DNA of 63,852 bases, counting the filler, from Welwitschia mirabilis (lineage: Eukaryota), in assembly GCA_051453625.1 (NCBI GenBank). It is 8 parts of one record of this genome, joined end to end, with 100 filler letters (N's around TTAATTAATTAA, not from the genome) between each part and the next. Parts side by side here need not be neighbours in the genome. Positions count along the whole stretch, not along the records: positions 1 to 30,516 come from JBOZIK010000001.1; positions 30,617 to 36,317 come from JBOZIK010000001.1; positions 36,418 to 40,100 come from JBOZIK010000001.1; positions 40,201 to 43,849 come from JBOZIK010000001.1; 4 more parts are not named here. One strand, written 5' to 3'. Each line of letters starts with the position of its first letter. The first letter of the stretch is position 1. Shown piece after piece: positions 29,150-43,200 of the stretch. The notes beneath the pieces were generated by a model. It made no database searches. It had not been told where the DNA came from and saw only the letters and a list, made by a program, of their open reading frames with translations. Position numbers and translations under genes: made by a program.

Positions 29150-29390
29150 TATGCTCCTAAAAAGACTAAATCATTTTTTTCCTTAAAAAACTCAAATTAT
29201 TTAAGGTGTTTATTTGAATAAAATCCTTAAAATCTTTATTATAATTTACACCTAATAAGGCGTTCTTTTTATAAACACCTTAACAAAAATTTGAAAAAGG
29301 ACTTTTAAGGCCTTTGTTTAAAAAATGCCTTAAAAACATTTTATTAGATCATTTAAGGCATTTATTTTAATAAACATCTTAAAAGATTAT
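29150..29390. repeat. Right subterminal repeat array of the CACTA element
   Basis: Same aaatgccttaaa / ttaaggcattt / aaacaccttaa motifs as the left end. Confidence 0.75.
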
Positions 29391-29403
29391 ATTTCTAGTA
29401 GTT

Positions 29404-30517
29404 CCAAGGAAGGCTGTAAGGAGCTAGAGGATTTTTACTATCTAGATAAGTACCTCAAATTTTAGTTTAGGTTCTTTATTTGAAATAGTATTATATTTCT
29501 ATTATAGTTTAGTATGTTTATTATGGCAATTTTAATTTCCCATAGTTTAAAAATTCACTATCATCGTTTCTATCATCCCCATGACACTGGAAATGATAGT
29601 CTACATTTTTGAATTTATTTTTCATAAATTTTTATTCTATTAGTAATAGTAATAAAAGTATTGTTGTCTTATTTTTTATTCTCATGACAAGCTGGATAAT
29701 AGTATATTTAATTAGTTATAGTAAGTTTTCTCTAATTTCAGTTTTCTACTATTGTGCTCATCATTCCTCCTATTCTCTTAATGACTAGATGGATGACTAT
29801 TAGTTATTTTTTATTTTTGTTTTTACTTACTATCTAAAGTACATAGAAACATAGTGAATTCTAGTAGAAAGACAAAATATTAGAGGGAGCAAAACTTGAT
29901 TGAAAAATATATAAAAAAGAGATTATTTAACTTTGAATAAAATCCAGGGATGCACATTCCAGGTATGCACATTTCAATAATTGAAGAAGAGGATTTTCTA
30001 ATTTTATTATTTTAGAGTCAAATTTTATAAAAGAAAGTTGTAAAAATAATAGCAGAAATGAAAGTCATGTCATTTTTATTTCTATGTCAAAATCCTTACA
30101 ACAATAAAAATAAGTTGCTTCATCTAATATGCCAATCATGATAGGAGCTTAGAATTAGAATGCAAATGTTACACATAGAGATTTAATTACTAATAGAAAA
30201 GGTAAAATCCAAGATCCTTTCGATTTACCTATTGGTGATGATATAGAATTAAGAAACTTGAGTTCCTATCTAACATTTTTGGGGAAATCTGAGGAAGACC
30301 CTTTCCAACATCTAGTCGACATTAAACAACTTATACTTACCTCAAGAAATGGGAAGAAATGCCTTAGTGGTCATACCTACATAATTATCTTTTTAGTCAC
30401 ACTTAGAGAAAAGGAAAAACTTTAGCTTAAAACCATTCCATACAAGAGTCTTAAATTATAGAGTCAAGTGTAAGAAGTTTTTATTAAAAGATTTCTAAGT
30501 GAAAGTATCATAAGAAN
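29404..30517 (+). mobile_element. Continuation of the host Athila-like element (rest of PBS, 5' leader, gag start at ~30084)
   Basis: Leader similar to 37740 onward. Translation RDLITNRKGKIQDPFDLPIGDDIELRNL..EEDPFQHLVDIKQLILTSRNGKK is homologous to ORF 48830-49117. Confidence 0.85.
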
Positions 30518-30616
30518 NNNNNNNNNNNNNNNNNNNNNNNNNNNNNNNNNNNNNNNNNNNTTAATTAATTAANNNNNNNNNNNNNNNNNNNNNNNNNNNN
30601 NNNNNNNNNNNNNNNN

Positions 30617-33600
30617 TTCCTTTCTTCTCTCTCTTTTTTTTTTTAATAAAATGATAATTCCTATAAGATTACACACTTAAGAAGACTAAAGTAAATAAGT
30701 AAAGTAAAATACAGAAAAGAAAACTCCTTAATATCTTTATATTTAATCACCATTAAAAAAAATAACACAAGAAACAAGGTATCTTTCTGTTAATATAGTC
30801 CATAGGCATGGGAATGTCTCAAGATTGGGTAAATCCAATCTTACCACTTATAAATGCCAAAGTATAAGCTAATCATAATACTTTATAAAGTAATACACAT
30901 GTCAGGTTAAAAGATGATCAAGTAAAGTCATAATGTTTAACTAAGGAAGTAAGCTAAGAAAGAATTTAGGTAGGAAACAAATGCTTCTACTATGTTCACT
31001 GTTGCATCTAAAATTCCTCATGTCATTTCAATATTTTTATATATGTGCATATCATTTTTCATCCATAATATTTATGATTTGTTCTTTTATANNNNNNNNN
31101 NNNNNNNNNNNNNNNNNNNNNNNNNNNNNNNNNNNNNNNNNNNNNNNNNNNNNNNNNNNNNNNNNNNNNNNNNNNNNNNNNNNNNNNNNNNNNNNNNNNN
31201 NNNNNNNNNNNNNNNNNNNNNNNNNNNNNNNNNNNNNNNNNNNAGTGTCTATAATACAATGAGCAGTTGCATAAAAAGCTCTACCTAGAAGAAGGGGATA
31301 TCCATTTTGATGCTCAACTTCTAAAACAACTACATCTATGGGGTAGAAAGCTTCTTCGATCTGAATGATCAAGTTTTTTATCAAACCTAAAGGTTTCTTA
31401 ATAGATAAATCAGCTAACTCTAAGATAATTTCCATAGGTTCTATTCTCTCTTCTAATCCTAAACATTTACAAATGTGTAAGGGTATAATGTTAACACTAG
31501 CTTCTATATCAATCAAGGCTTTCTTAATTTTTCAGTTCCCCTCTAGTATAACACTAACAGTTGTTGCCCCCATATCTTTAAATTTTGGACACTTCTTAGA
31601 AACTAAATTGCTAGTAGATTGGTCTAGGAAGACTCTACTAGGAATAGTTTATTTTTATTTTCTTCTGATTAGGTCTTTCCATATCTTAAAGTATTTAAGG
31701 TTTTCTTGCAAAAGTTTCTAGAAGGGTAAGTTAATGCTTACATTCTACATTAAGGATTTTAAGTGATTGACAAAGACAGGGTTTTTGTTAAGCCTATAAA
31801 GCCATAGGGTTGTAGTTTTCTTTTGTGATAAATTTTTCTTTTTATTACTAAGGGATAAAGGAAAGGAATGGTTTTCTAAGATTTTTATATCTTCTTCTTC
31901 ATCGTTCTTATTATTATGGGATGTTGAAGCCTTATAAGTAGGGGGAGTTATGTCATTTTTAATCCTTGTCACCACCTTATAATCTTTTTGTACTTCATTA
32001 GGGTTTGGTAAAGGTTGAGTGGCAAGGGTCCCTTATGGTCTTTGGTTGGCAAGCATAGTTTGTTATAAGATGTTCACAAGATGTTTGCATTAGTCTTCTC
32101 TTGGATTTTCCTCAACTCCTCAATAGAATTCCTAAGAGGATCACTATAGTTTTGGCAGTTGGAAGGGCTTGCCATATTATTTTGCTAGTTAAATTAAAAG
32201 TTTTAATATTCTAATCTATTTTGGTAAGGTTGGGAGTTAGGGTAATGTGTTTGAAAATTTTTATGTTGTTCATTCATCCTATGTTGAGAATTATGATTGG
32301 GTGCTTATCCTTGATTATAATTTTGAGTGTAGTTAGAGGGTTCTTGATTCAAAGCATAAACTTCTTCATAAATTCTCTCTTTGAATGTACGAAGTAAAGG
32401 ACACTCCTTCGTGATGTGATACCTATTCTTGCATAAATCGCAAGTTGAAATAATGAATTGACTTTTCTCAATTATCAATTTAGCATCAAGGATCATCTGA
32501 GTGTATTTCTCTAAAGTAGATGTGAAATCCTTAATGATGCTGGTTGGTTCATGTTCTATTTTGGTTTCAGTTTTCTCATGTTTGACTTCTTTAAGGTCTT
32601 TGATGATTTAGTCTACTATTCTATTTTCTCTAGATGAGGGTTTTGGTCAAGTTTGACTTACTTCCACTAAGTCTTCTAACATCTTCCATGCATCTTATAA
32701 AGTTTGATTTAAGAAGTTGCTTCCACAAGAGAAATCTACAAGTTACTTAGTATGACTGTTTAACCCACTATAGAAATAGTTTATTAATTTTACCTCAGAA
32801 AAGGTGTCTACTGGGTTTGAGTGTAAAGCTATAAAGAATCTCTCATAAGAAGAAGCATAGTTTTCGTTAGGTAGTTGTTGAAAGTTTGTAACTTCTTTCT
32901 TACATTTCCAGATGATGGTTTCGTTTATAAGTCTTTTGATAAAGGATTTTTGAACTTGACTCCAAGATTTTAGGCTCTTATCTAATATCATTATAAGCTA
33001 AAGTTTAGCCTTATCTCATAATTTCCTAAGAAAAATAACCATATAGGTTCTATCAGTTATGCACTTTTTACCATTTTCAGAAGTAAGAATGAGTTGTTTA
33101 ATTTCAGCAATTTATTGTAAGGGGTCTTCATCAGGGTCTCCCCTAAAGGTAGGATAAGCATTTAAGTTTTTAAGTTCCACATCGTTACCTAGAGGTAAGT
33201 CAAAGGGTTTTGAATTTCAATTCATTTATTCACTATGAGATCTCTCAGAGTTGCACGAGGAGTAGGAGTAATGGTTCCAATGATAAGGGTTGAATTCAGT
33301 GAGATAGATTGTTTTTGGTAAGAGGTCAACATGGTAGTAAATTTTTCAAAGTTAAAATTAGAATCTTTTGTAGAATTAAAATTAGAAATTTTAGGAAATT
33401 CTAAAGTTTACATACCTGTGCTATTTTGATTTTCAAATTCAAAATTTAGCAAACCTTCTCAAATATTTTGTGCAATGAATTACCTCTCTTTCTAGTATTT
33501 TTCACCTTTTCCTATTTTTACCATTCAGTTTTAGTTCTCAGAAGTGGTCGTCCTGTATGTCATCCAAATGATAAGTTAGATGACAGAGACAAAAAACACA

Positions 33601-34927
33601 GATAACCATAAAATAAGGGAAACTAGAAAAGGGAGTAGTCATTTGACTGTGACGTCTAGACAACGAAAGAGATGTTAGTGGTTAGTAAAAAGTTAAAACT
33701 GAAATAAAATACTTATAGAGTATTGGTAAACTGATGATGCAGTAAACATTTGGAATATCCACTGAAGCAATGACAACTCTCGATTTCCAAGCAGCCTTTC
33801 CCAGCAATGGCTCTAATTTGTTACGATACAAATTTATGTAATGTTTTACCCCTTGATTAATCTTGTTAATTACAAATAAGATGCACAAATATAGCACGCT
33901 AGTATAGATGGAGTGATCTAAATGTCATAATTCCATCGAAGGCTAATAGTATGGATAATGAAGAGTTGATTTCAAGAAAGAAATATGTAACCTTAATCTA
34001 CTGAATTAAACTGTAATGCATGAAATTGAAATAATGATGCAAAACTAATATATGAAAAGAAATAGTAATGCACTTAATTTAATCAAGATCAACCTTAATA
34101 AAGGTTGTCCTCATAATCTGTATAACTAAAGAAACCTGTCATGAATCTTAAACAACATAAACTATGAGGGATAAGTTCCTACAATTACTGATAAAAAGGA
34201 TAATTCATATTAAAAAGTATAAAATATATCTATATCACAAAGTAGTCATTCCTCAATGGAGGATACACTGCCCAACACCAAGGCAAGGTCTCTCTGGATT
34301 ACAAGATGGTTCTTCAGTCCCAAGATCTTCTATCATGAGAATATTAGGTACTATCGAAGATGATTAGGAATCAAGGGGGAGACCTTTATTTATAGTCAAA
34401 AAAGAAAGGAAACTGACAAAAAAGTAAAGACGAAACCCTAGCTAATATGCATAATAAAGTTGCAATAAAGAGGTGACAACTCGAGAAACATTCTGTAAAA
34501 CCATAGGAGAACAATGTCGTCTCAATGGTTTTCTGAACAAAGTAGGGGATGGTAAGGATCGATAATTTAAACTCTAGTTCTAATTCAGTTTAACTTCTTA
34601 TCTAACTATATGCAAACTATTGTCAACTGGTTCTCGAGATATCATCCACTAGTGTCGTCTGGATGATTAGGGAAACAATGGTGTTTAGTACAGAAATCTT
34701 CAGTTTGTCTGGAAGTTATCTAGAAAGAAGTCTATTTGTTACTCAATTGGAATTGTCCTCCTGATTGTCGTATGGATGATAGAGGGGACAATAAGCTTTT
34801 CTTCATCTTTAGTCAGTGTGATTGCTTTGTCTTCTATAGAATCATGATCCAAAAATGATATTCTTCTATATTTATACTAATTACTTGTATTTTATCTGAT
34901 AATTTCATATTTTTATCTTGTACTCCT
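30617..34927 (-). mobile_element. Non-autonomous Athila-like element (5' LTR 33819-34927, PBS, gag-protease)
   Basis: LTR starts TGTTAC at 33819 next to a reverse-complement PBS. Colinear with the 44356-51433 element. Confidence 0.85.
31244..33332 (-). pseudogene. Decayed gag-protease
   Basis: ORFs 32743-32991 (retrotransposon gag-like), 32305-32496 (CDLC..H..C knuckle) and 31052-31516 (DIEASVNIIP..LELAD.SIKKPLG..PLLLGRAF, Athila protease). Confidence 0.88.
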
Positions 34928-36317
34928 TGTTGCGGTGTGAATTTATGCAATCTTGAAATCCTTAGGTAAAACTGTAAATGATATAACTTGCAAAAAGACA
35001 CACGCTAGTATAGACGGGAGTTCATCCAAATGTCATAATCCCAATGAAGGCACTAGGCTCAAAGTTAGAGAATTGATTTTCAAAGGTAGTTTTTAGTATT
35101 TTATCTTTTACTTAACTGAAAGTAAATAGTAAAGTAAATGAAATGAAAATGAATGAAGATAAAATACAAGTGAATGAAAATGAAAATGAGATTCTACTTT
35201 AATCCTAATCCATTTATCACAAGGACTAGTATCTAGTCTTTCTGTTATAAATACTATCTTTTATATAATTCATATCAATTAAGAAGAGCATTTAACTAGT
35301 TCTTATCTAACATAAACTATAAGATCCACCAAGTAGAATAGAAAATGTAATATAAAAATGGAATGGAAATGCAATGCAAACCTACTACTAACTAAGGTTA
35401 ACCTTAACAAAGATTACCCTCATGATCTAAATAAATCATAGAACTTTCACTTAACTATGATTAACTAAAAGCATAAGGGACATTCACAGGATTGAAATAA
35501 AAGAGTAATTGTATTAATCAAAGAAGCTTTACATCCACTTACAATAGAATAATAGCTCCTCAATGGAAGAGACACAGCCTAACACCAAGTAAACCCCTTT
35601 CTGTAGCTATTGGATGGACCTCCTACCTTCAAGCTTCTGTCACAAGCATATCAAATATAAAAGATCATTTGGAAGTTAAGAAGGAAAGGGTATTTATAGT
35701 TTTACAATGAACCATAACCCTAGACATTCTTTAAGAAAACCCTAGTCACCAACATGACCAATTTGACACTCTTTATAGATATTATCCTGTACGTTGTCCA
35801 AATGATAATGGGGACAATACCGCCTTCTTGCCTTGGGTTGCATGCCCATGTGATACCATTAGCTCCATGGGTTCCCTATGCATGTTACTAAGGTTATCAT
35901 CCTATATGTCGTTCACGTGACATAGGGGACGATGCATTGGATTACATACCCATATGCTACTGTTAGCCCCATGGGTTGTATCCATTGTCTTGAATGTTAT
36001 CTAGACGAACTAGGGGATGATGCCCTATCATCATGTTCTACTGTCCAAGTGTTATCCATGTGTTGTTCCTGTATAACTGCCTTAATGAGTTGTTGCCCCC
36101 TCTATCATGGGGACAACAGTGGGGATGACAGTCTTCCTAGCTCCTCAAGTAGCAAAAATTGGTCTTCTTCACCTTTAGTCCTCCTGTAATATGCTAAGTA
36201 TCATAACATTTCTGGAATGCCTCCAATCATGTCACCAATGACATGTTTTCATGATCATCTTGTCATCTCTCCATAATTAGCAGAATTGCATCTAAACCTG
36301 TATAAATGTCCTGCAAA
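34928..36317 (-). repeat. Family C LTR inserted into the preceding LTR
   Basis: Begins TGTTGCGGTGTGAATTTATGCAATC, the reverse complement of the family C 3' end. Runs into a gap. Confidence 0.85.
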
Positions 36318-36417
36318 NNNNNNNNNNNNNNNNNNNNNNNNNNNNNNNNNNNNNNNNNNNNTTAATTAATTAANNNNNNNNNNNNNNNNNNNNNNNNNNN
36401 NNNNNNNNNNNNNNNNN

Positions 36418-39400
36418 TGATACTTAGCATATTAAAGGAGGATTAAAGATGAAGAAGACTAATTTACACTATTTGAGGAGTTTGAGAAGAGTGTCATCCT
36501 CACTGTTGGCCCCACGATAAAGGGGACAATAGCTCATTAACATAGCTACACAGGAGCAGCACTTTGGCAACACTTGGACAACAGCACATGGTGATGGGGA
36601 ATCGTCCTTTAGGTCATCTGGATGAACGGAAAGATGATAGATGTGAGAACAACCTATGGGGCTGACAATAGTACATGGACATGTAATCCAAGGCATCGTC
36701 TACTCTGTCATGTGGATGACAAACAAGATGATAGCATCGGTAACATGTGTAGGAAATCCACAAGAGCATAGGCATATAACCCAAGCTGTTAAGGTGGCAT
36801 CGTCCCCTATCTCATATGGACGACAGATAGGATGACAACTGTTTTTACACTGCGACAGTAAATTTTATATAAAGAGGGCAAAACGGGCCATGTGGGTGGC
36901 TAGGATTTCCTTAACGAATGTCTAGGGCTATGGTTCATTATAAAACTATAAATACCCATTTCCCCTTTACTTTTAGGACCATCTTTTGTACTTTATATGC
37001 TTGTGATAGAAGCTTGAAGGTAGGAGGTCCATCCAATAACTGTAGAAATGGGTTTCCTTGCTGTTAGGCTATGTCTTTTCCATTGAGGGGCTATTATTCT
37101 ATTGTAAGTGGATGTAAAATGCTTTTAATTAATATAATTACTCTTTTCATTTCAATTATTTGAATGTTCCTTATGGTTTAAGTTGATCTTAGTTAGTGAA
37201 AGACTTGGATTTATTTAGATTTTGAGGGTAACCTTTGTTAAGGTTGACCTTAGTTAGTAGTAAGTCTGCATTACATTTTGATTTCATTTCATATTGCATT
37301 TCATGTTCTACTTGGTAGATCTTATAGTTGATATTAGTTAAGAATTAGTTAAACAATTTTCTTAATTAATATGAATTATAGAGAAAGTAGTCTTTATGAT
37401 AAAAAGGCTAGAAGCTAGTCCTTATGATAGAAGGACTAGGATCTAAGTAGAATCTCATTTCATTTCCACTTCCATGTACTTTCATTTTATCTTTATTAAT
37501 TTTCATTGCATTTACCTTATTATTTACTTTTAGTTAATAAAAGATAAAAGATCAAAACTAACTTTGAAAATCAATTCTCTAACTCTAAGGCTAGTGCCTT
37601 CATTGGGATTACGACATTCAGGTGAACTCTTGTCTATACTAGCATGTGTATTTTTGTAAGTTATATGATTTATAGGTTTATCTAAAGGACTTCAAGATTG
37701 CATAAATTCACACTACAACATTTTAATTCCATTATCGGGGAAGGCTGTAAGGAGCTAAGAGGATTGTCATTAACTAGATAAGTACCTTAAATCTTTTTGT
37801 TCATGTTATTTATTTGAACTAATGACGTATTTTAGTGTATTTTAAGGTAGATTTATTTCTACAAAATTTTGTTTTTTATAAGTTTTAGAGGCTCTATCAT
37901 TCTCTCTGTCATCCAGATGATACAAGGCATGATAATTCTAAAATTTTAAATTTAGTTTCTGTTTTCACAATTTTTCTTCTATTCACAGCTTAGTAAAACT
38001 ATCATCCTATTAGTCATCCACATGATAGTAAGGATAAGAGTCTTAGTTTTAGTAATTTTCTTTTTATAGTTTCTAGAGTTCTATTATTTTTAGAGTTTAG
38101 TTTTTCTATGATTTTCGTCCTACCCGTCGTTCCCATGATAAGGTGGATGACAATCTAGTGTATTTGATTATAGTTTTTATTTACTGTTTGTACATGCAAA
38201 GATACAAAGAATTCTAGTAGAAAGACGAAAAATCAGCTAGTGAAAAACTAGATTAATAGAAATATCATTTGGCTTCAAAATAAAAATTTAGATACACATA
38301 ACATAGGTATGCAAATTCCGAAATCTCTTTTTTCTATTTTCAAATTAGATTTTCTTTATTTCTTTGTAGTTAGTTAGTAATAATAATTTCACATCTTTTG
38401 AGTGTTAAAAAATAGCAAACTTAAATGATAAACTATCTAATAACCTTAATCTTTATTGTGTACCTATCTTCTTTGCCATTCTGAAACTAAACTCTCTACT
38501 TCTATTCTTCTTGCTTATTTCAATGAATCATAATAGAAAAACCATTGTAGAACTTCTTTCTAAAAGGAGAAGAAAGTTGCAAAATGATGAGTACATTGGT
38601 AAGAAAACACTTTGAGAAATCTTTGCCGAAAGAGGGAGATCATCAGAAAACCATGTTGAAAATAGGAATGGGGTCCATTTTTCTTTTTAATCTAATTATT
38701 CTTTTCACTCTTCTTTTCAAACCACACATTAATATAATGACGAAGATTCCCTATATTTTAGGAATTCCACCTCATTTAGACAAACCTCTAGCAATCATTA
38801 TTTTCAATCCCAATAATCTTCCATGCTTTGCTACTAAGAAGAACCATCTTTCATCAACTACCATGAAGAAGAAAAAGATCCATTAGGAGAAATTATTGGT
38901 AAAATAATGAAGAACCAAAAAAACACCAATAAAAACTTAGAAATATTGGTTGAAATCTTGCAACAAAACCTATTATAGATTCAAGGATCTTTCACAATAC
39001 AACATCCTCACAACTATTTCACTCCATCCTACCTTGAGGAAAATAAAGAAAATTAGAAATTACTGATGATAAAGATTCTTGCTTTTAAATTGAATATGGA
39101 TTTGTAAATCAAACTTCAACATTCTACTAATTATGAGATAAGAAAAAGGGAGAAAATAATAATGTAATTCAATATTTCAACAATTGGGGAAAATATTACC
39201 ATTCATTAGATGATGATATTAAGATACTAGATTATATCCCTGCCATTCATTTACTGCTAGACAATCAAGATGAGGAATCCAATCATGGGAAAACTAAAAA
39301 TCCTTTAATCAATGATGAAGATAATGCTTTTATTTCTCTTGATAATCTTTTTGATGAATCTAATCATTTAGAGAATGGAAGCAGTATTTAACAAAAGAAG

Positions 39401-40100
39401 GAAGACATAGGCACAACCAATGAAGATGAAAGTACAATCCAACCAACTAATGATATGGATACTAGTGAAGAAATTAAAAGTAATAAAGGACTTTTACAGA
39501 TTCATTCCAACTTCATAGAGAATACACTTATTCATTATATCCATTTTTCTACATTTTTCCGATCCATGCCTTTATATTCAATTGCAAATTACATCCTTTC
39601 CTCCACTCCTCATTCCATTTCTATTTTCACCCTTACATTACCTCATAATCTTGATAATGATAATCTTTCTCCATCCCTGTCAATTACACCTTCATATCAT
39701 TCTCAAGGCCATGTTCCTTTCCTTAACTCTTATAACATCCACCACTTTGAAGAGTCTGTTTCTTTTATCTCTCAATCTCTTATTTCTACACCTTCATGCG
39801 ATCATCAAAGTAACATTCATTCTTTTTATATCAAGTCTACTGTACCTTGTAATTTTAATGATTATTCTTTTTAAAAGTTTGACTTGGAATATCTTGGAAT
39901 GTTACATTGGGAAAAGTATTATCTTCTTGATGGTAATCCATGCTTAGAGTTGAATCTTAACGAGCTTCTCAATCTTATAAAACATTTTTAAAAACCCTCT
40001 AAGATTTCTTGGATCCATTCTTTGAGTAGTACTTTGAAAGAATTATCTAATAATAATCATACTTTATATTATCTTCATAAGAGATTATTTATTAATGAAA
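36418..40100 (+). mobile_element. Family C 5' LTR (to 37720), PBS and internal region with an atypical decayed ORF
   Basis: LTR ends CTACAACA followed by ttttaattccattatcggggaaggc. Internal ORF fragments are homologous to 51434-52900 on the minus strand. Confidence 0.82.
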
Positions 40101-40200
40101 NNNNNNNNNNNNNNNNNNNNNNNNNNNNNNNNNNNNNNNNNNNNTTAATTAATTAANNNNNNNNNNNNNNNNNNNNNNNNNNNNNNNNNNNNNNNNNNNN

Positions 40201-43200
40201 TCTATATCATAATTAGAACCTGATCATTTGGTAGCTCTTTAGCTGTCTTTTATTTTCACTCATAGGTTTTCTTTATAAGGGTTATTTTTCTTTTTTACAC
40301 TATTAATTGATGCATTTTTTCACCTTGATTGATGTGATCTTTTTGTACTAATGTTTGTGTTGTGTGATTTTGTGGTTTTGCATTCGTCCACTTATAGATT
40401 TTGTTACATTCATGGATTCCAGACCACATTGGAGGAATACTTATGAGAATTCCTATAATTAATGCATAACTATGATCTCATCAGTTTCTTTCTCCTTGAT
40501 TCTGTTTTTAAAGATTAATTCTTCATATTTTTCTTCCTTCTATTTTTTTGTTATGTCTCCAGTACTTGCTTACTGTCAAATTTTTCCAAAATTTTTTCTA
40601 AATAATTAAAACAAGTTATTTTATAAACTGTTGTCTCAGTATGTCATCCACACGATAGAGGGGATGATAGTCATCCTTTTTTCTTTGTGCAATCTGGAAC
40701 ATCTTGCTTTTCTTGTGGAGGTAACAGGACGAGGAGAGGGGGAGAGGGGGGGGCGGGCAGGATACCTNNNNNNNNNNNNNNNNNNNNNNNNNNNNNNNNN
40801 NNNNNNNNNNNNNNNNNNNNNNNNNNNNNNNNNNNGAGTACATTTCATGAAATTTATTTAGCAGGAACAGGTAGCCCTCACTGATTTTTCACAAAGCTAT
40901 GTTTCTGATTATTTAAAATAAAGCCATGATTACTCATGTCCTTTGCCCTTGTAGAAAATATTAATGAGCTTTTTATGCATTATTCTTTGAGATTATTACT
41001 ACTTAAGCTTACATATCAATTTTAACATTATGTATACACATTATCAATTTTTCTGAACTATCACTCTGATTTATTATGTGTATGACATGTATTTGGACTA
41101 TTGTGATAAGTTTAAGTAGGGGGCTTATAACTATATCAGNNNNNNNNNNNNNNNNNNNNNNNNNNNNNNNNNNNNNNNNNNNNNNNNNNNNNNNNNNNNN
41201 NNNNNNNNNNNNNNNNNNNNNNNNNNNNNNNNNNNNNNNATCAGTAATTGCATTAATGAATTATTATCATTTATTTCTGCATAATAAATAGAACTCAAAT
41301 TCCATTTCTTTAGTTGATGATTATCTTAGTAAAATTAGCTTGCAATCTAGTTGATTACCTACTTTGTAAGGGACTGACAAGGTTAAGTAGGGGGTTATAT
41401 TGCAATGCCAATTTGTAGGAATTTGATGGTGTATTTGGAGTACTTTTGTAAGACATTTATATAGCTTTAGATGCAATTCTACTNNNNNNNNNNCTTGGCA
41501 TAATTGGAGGCATTTTAGGCATGTTCTGATATTTAGCATATTGAAGGAAGACTAAAGGTGAAGAAGACCAATTTACACTATTTGGGGAGCTTGAGAAGAG
41601 TTTCGTCTCCACTATCATCCCCACGCTAGAGGATGATAGCTCATTAACATAGCTACATAGGAGTAGCATATGAGCAACACTTGGAGAGCAACACATGGTG
41701 ATGGGGCATCATCCTCTAGGTCATCTGAATAATAGGCAAGATGATGGATGTAAGTACAACCCACAGGGCTGATAGTAGCACATGAACATGCAATCCAAGG
41801 CATCATCCACTTTGTCGTGTGGACGACAGATAGGAGGACAGCATCGATAACATGCACAAACAACCCATGGAGCATAGGTACACAACCCAAGCTATTAAGA
41901 TGGTGTCGTCCCCTATGTCGTGTGGACGACAGATAGGACAATAACTTTTTTTACACTACGATAGTAAATTTCATTATAAAGAGTGCTAAACAGGCCATGT
42001 GGATGGAAACTTAATGAATGTCTAGGGTTACGGTTCATTGTAAAACTATAAATACCCATTCCCCCTTCACTTTGAAGACCATCTTTAGTACTTAATATGA
42101 TTGTGATGTAAACGTGAAGGTAGGAGATCCATTCAATAGCTGCAGAAAGGGGTTTATTTAGTGTTAGGCTATTTCTCTTCCATTAAGGAGTTGTTATTCT
42201 CTTGTAAGTGGATGTAAAGTTCTTTTGATTAATATAATTACTCTTTTCATTTCAATTAAATGAATTTTTCTTATGATTTAATTTGATCTTAGTTAGTGAT
42301 AAACTTGGATTTATTTAGATCATGAGGGCAACCTTTGTTAAGGTTAACCTTGGTTAGTAGTAGGTCTACATTGCATTTTCATTTCATTCCATATTGTATT
42401 TCATGTTCTACTTGATAGATCTTATAGTTAATATTGGTTAAGAACTAGTTAAATGCTCTTCTTAATNNNNNNNNNNNNNNNNNNNNNNNNNNNNNNNNNN
42501 NNNNNNNNNNNNNNNNNNNNNNNNNNNNNNNNNNNNNNNNNNNNNNNNNNNNNNNNNNNNNNNNNNNNNNNNNNNNNNNNNNNNNNNNNNNNNNNNNNNN
42601 NNNNNNNNNNNNNNNNNNNNNNNNNNNNNNNNNNNNNNNNNNNNNNNNNNNNNNNNNNNNNNNNNNNNNNNNNNNNNNNNNNNNNNNNNNNNNNNNNNNN
42701 NNNNNNNNNNNNNNNNNNNNNNNNNNNNNNNNNNNNNNNNNNNNNNNNNNNNNNNNNNNNNNNNNNNNNNNNNNNNNNNNNNNNNNNNNNNNNNNNNNNN
42801 NNNNNNNNNNNNNNNNNNNNNNNNNNNNNNNNNNNNNNNNNNNNNNNNNNNNNNNNNNNNNNNNNNNNNNNNNNNNNNNNNNNNNNNNNNNNNNNNNNNN
42901 NNNNNNNNNNNNNNNNNNNNNNNNNNNNNNNNNNNNNNNNNNNNNNNNNNNNNNNNNNNNNNNNNNNNNNNNNNNNNNNNNNNNNNNNNNNNNNNNNNNN
43001 NNNNNNNNNNNNNNNNNNNNNNNNNNNNNNNNNNNNNNNNNNNNNNNNNNNNNNNNNNNNNNNNNNNNNNNNNNNNNNNNNNNNNNNNNNNNNNNNNNNN
43101 NNNNNNNNNNNNNNNNNNNNNNNNNNNNNNNNNNNNNNNNNNNNNNNNNNNNNNNNNNNNNNNNNNNNNNNNNNNNNNNNNNNNNNNNNNNNNNNNNNNN

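Larger units (their letters stand above)
1360..29403. mobile_element. CACTA/EnSpm-type DNA transposon, decayed and cargo-carrying, with nested LTR insertions
   Basis: Left end tACTAtAAGAAA (consensus CACTACAAGAAA) and right end TTTCTaGTAGTt. Dense subterminal repeats at both ends. Flanks rejoin into one PBS. 3-bp TSD ttg/cca is interpretable as deaminated ccg/ccg. Confidence 0.8.

Noticed and set aside
34928-37720. Apparent ~1.3-kb inverted repeat (head-to-head family C LTRs)
   Set aside because: The arms are diverged LTR copies separated by a linker gap, so orientation is unverified. Not treated as a real hairpin.
35932-41941. Cys-rich ORFs 35932-36189, 36469-36696 and 41615-41941
   Set aside because: They lie antisense within family C LTRs. 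Their similarity reflects LTR homology, not a gene.
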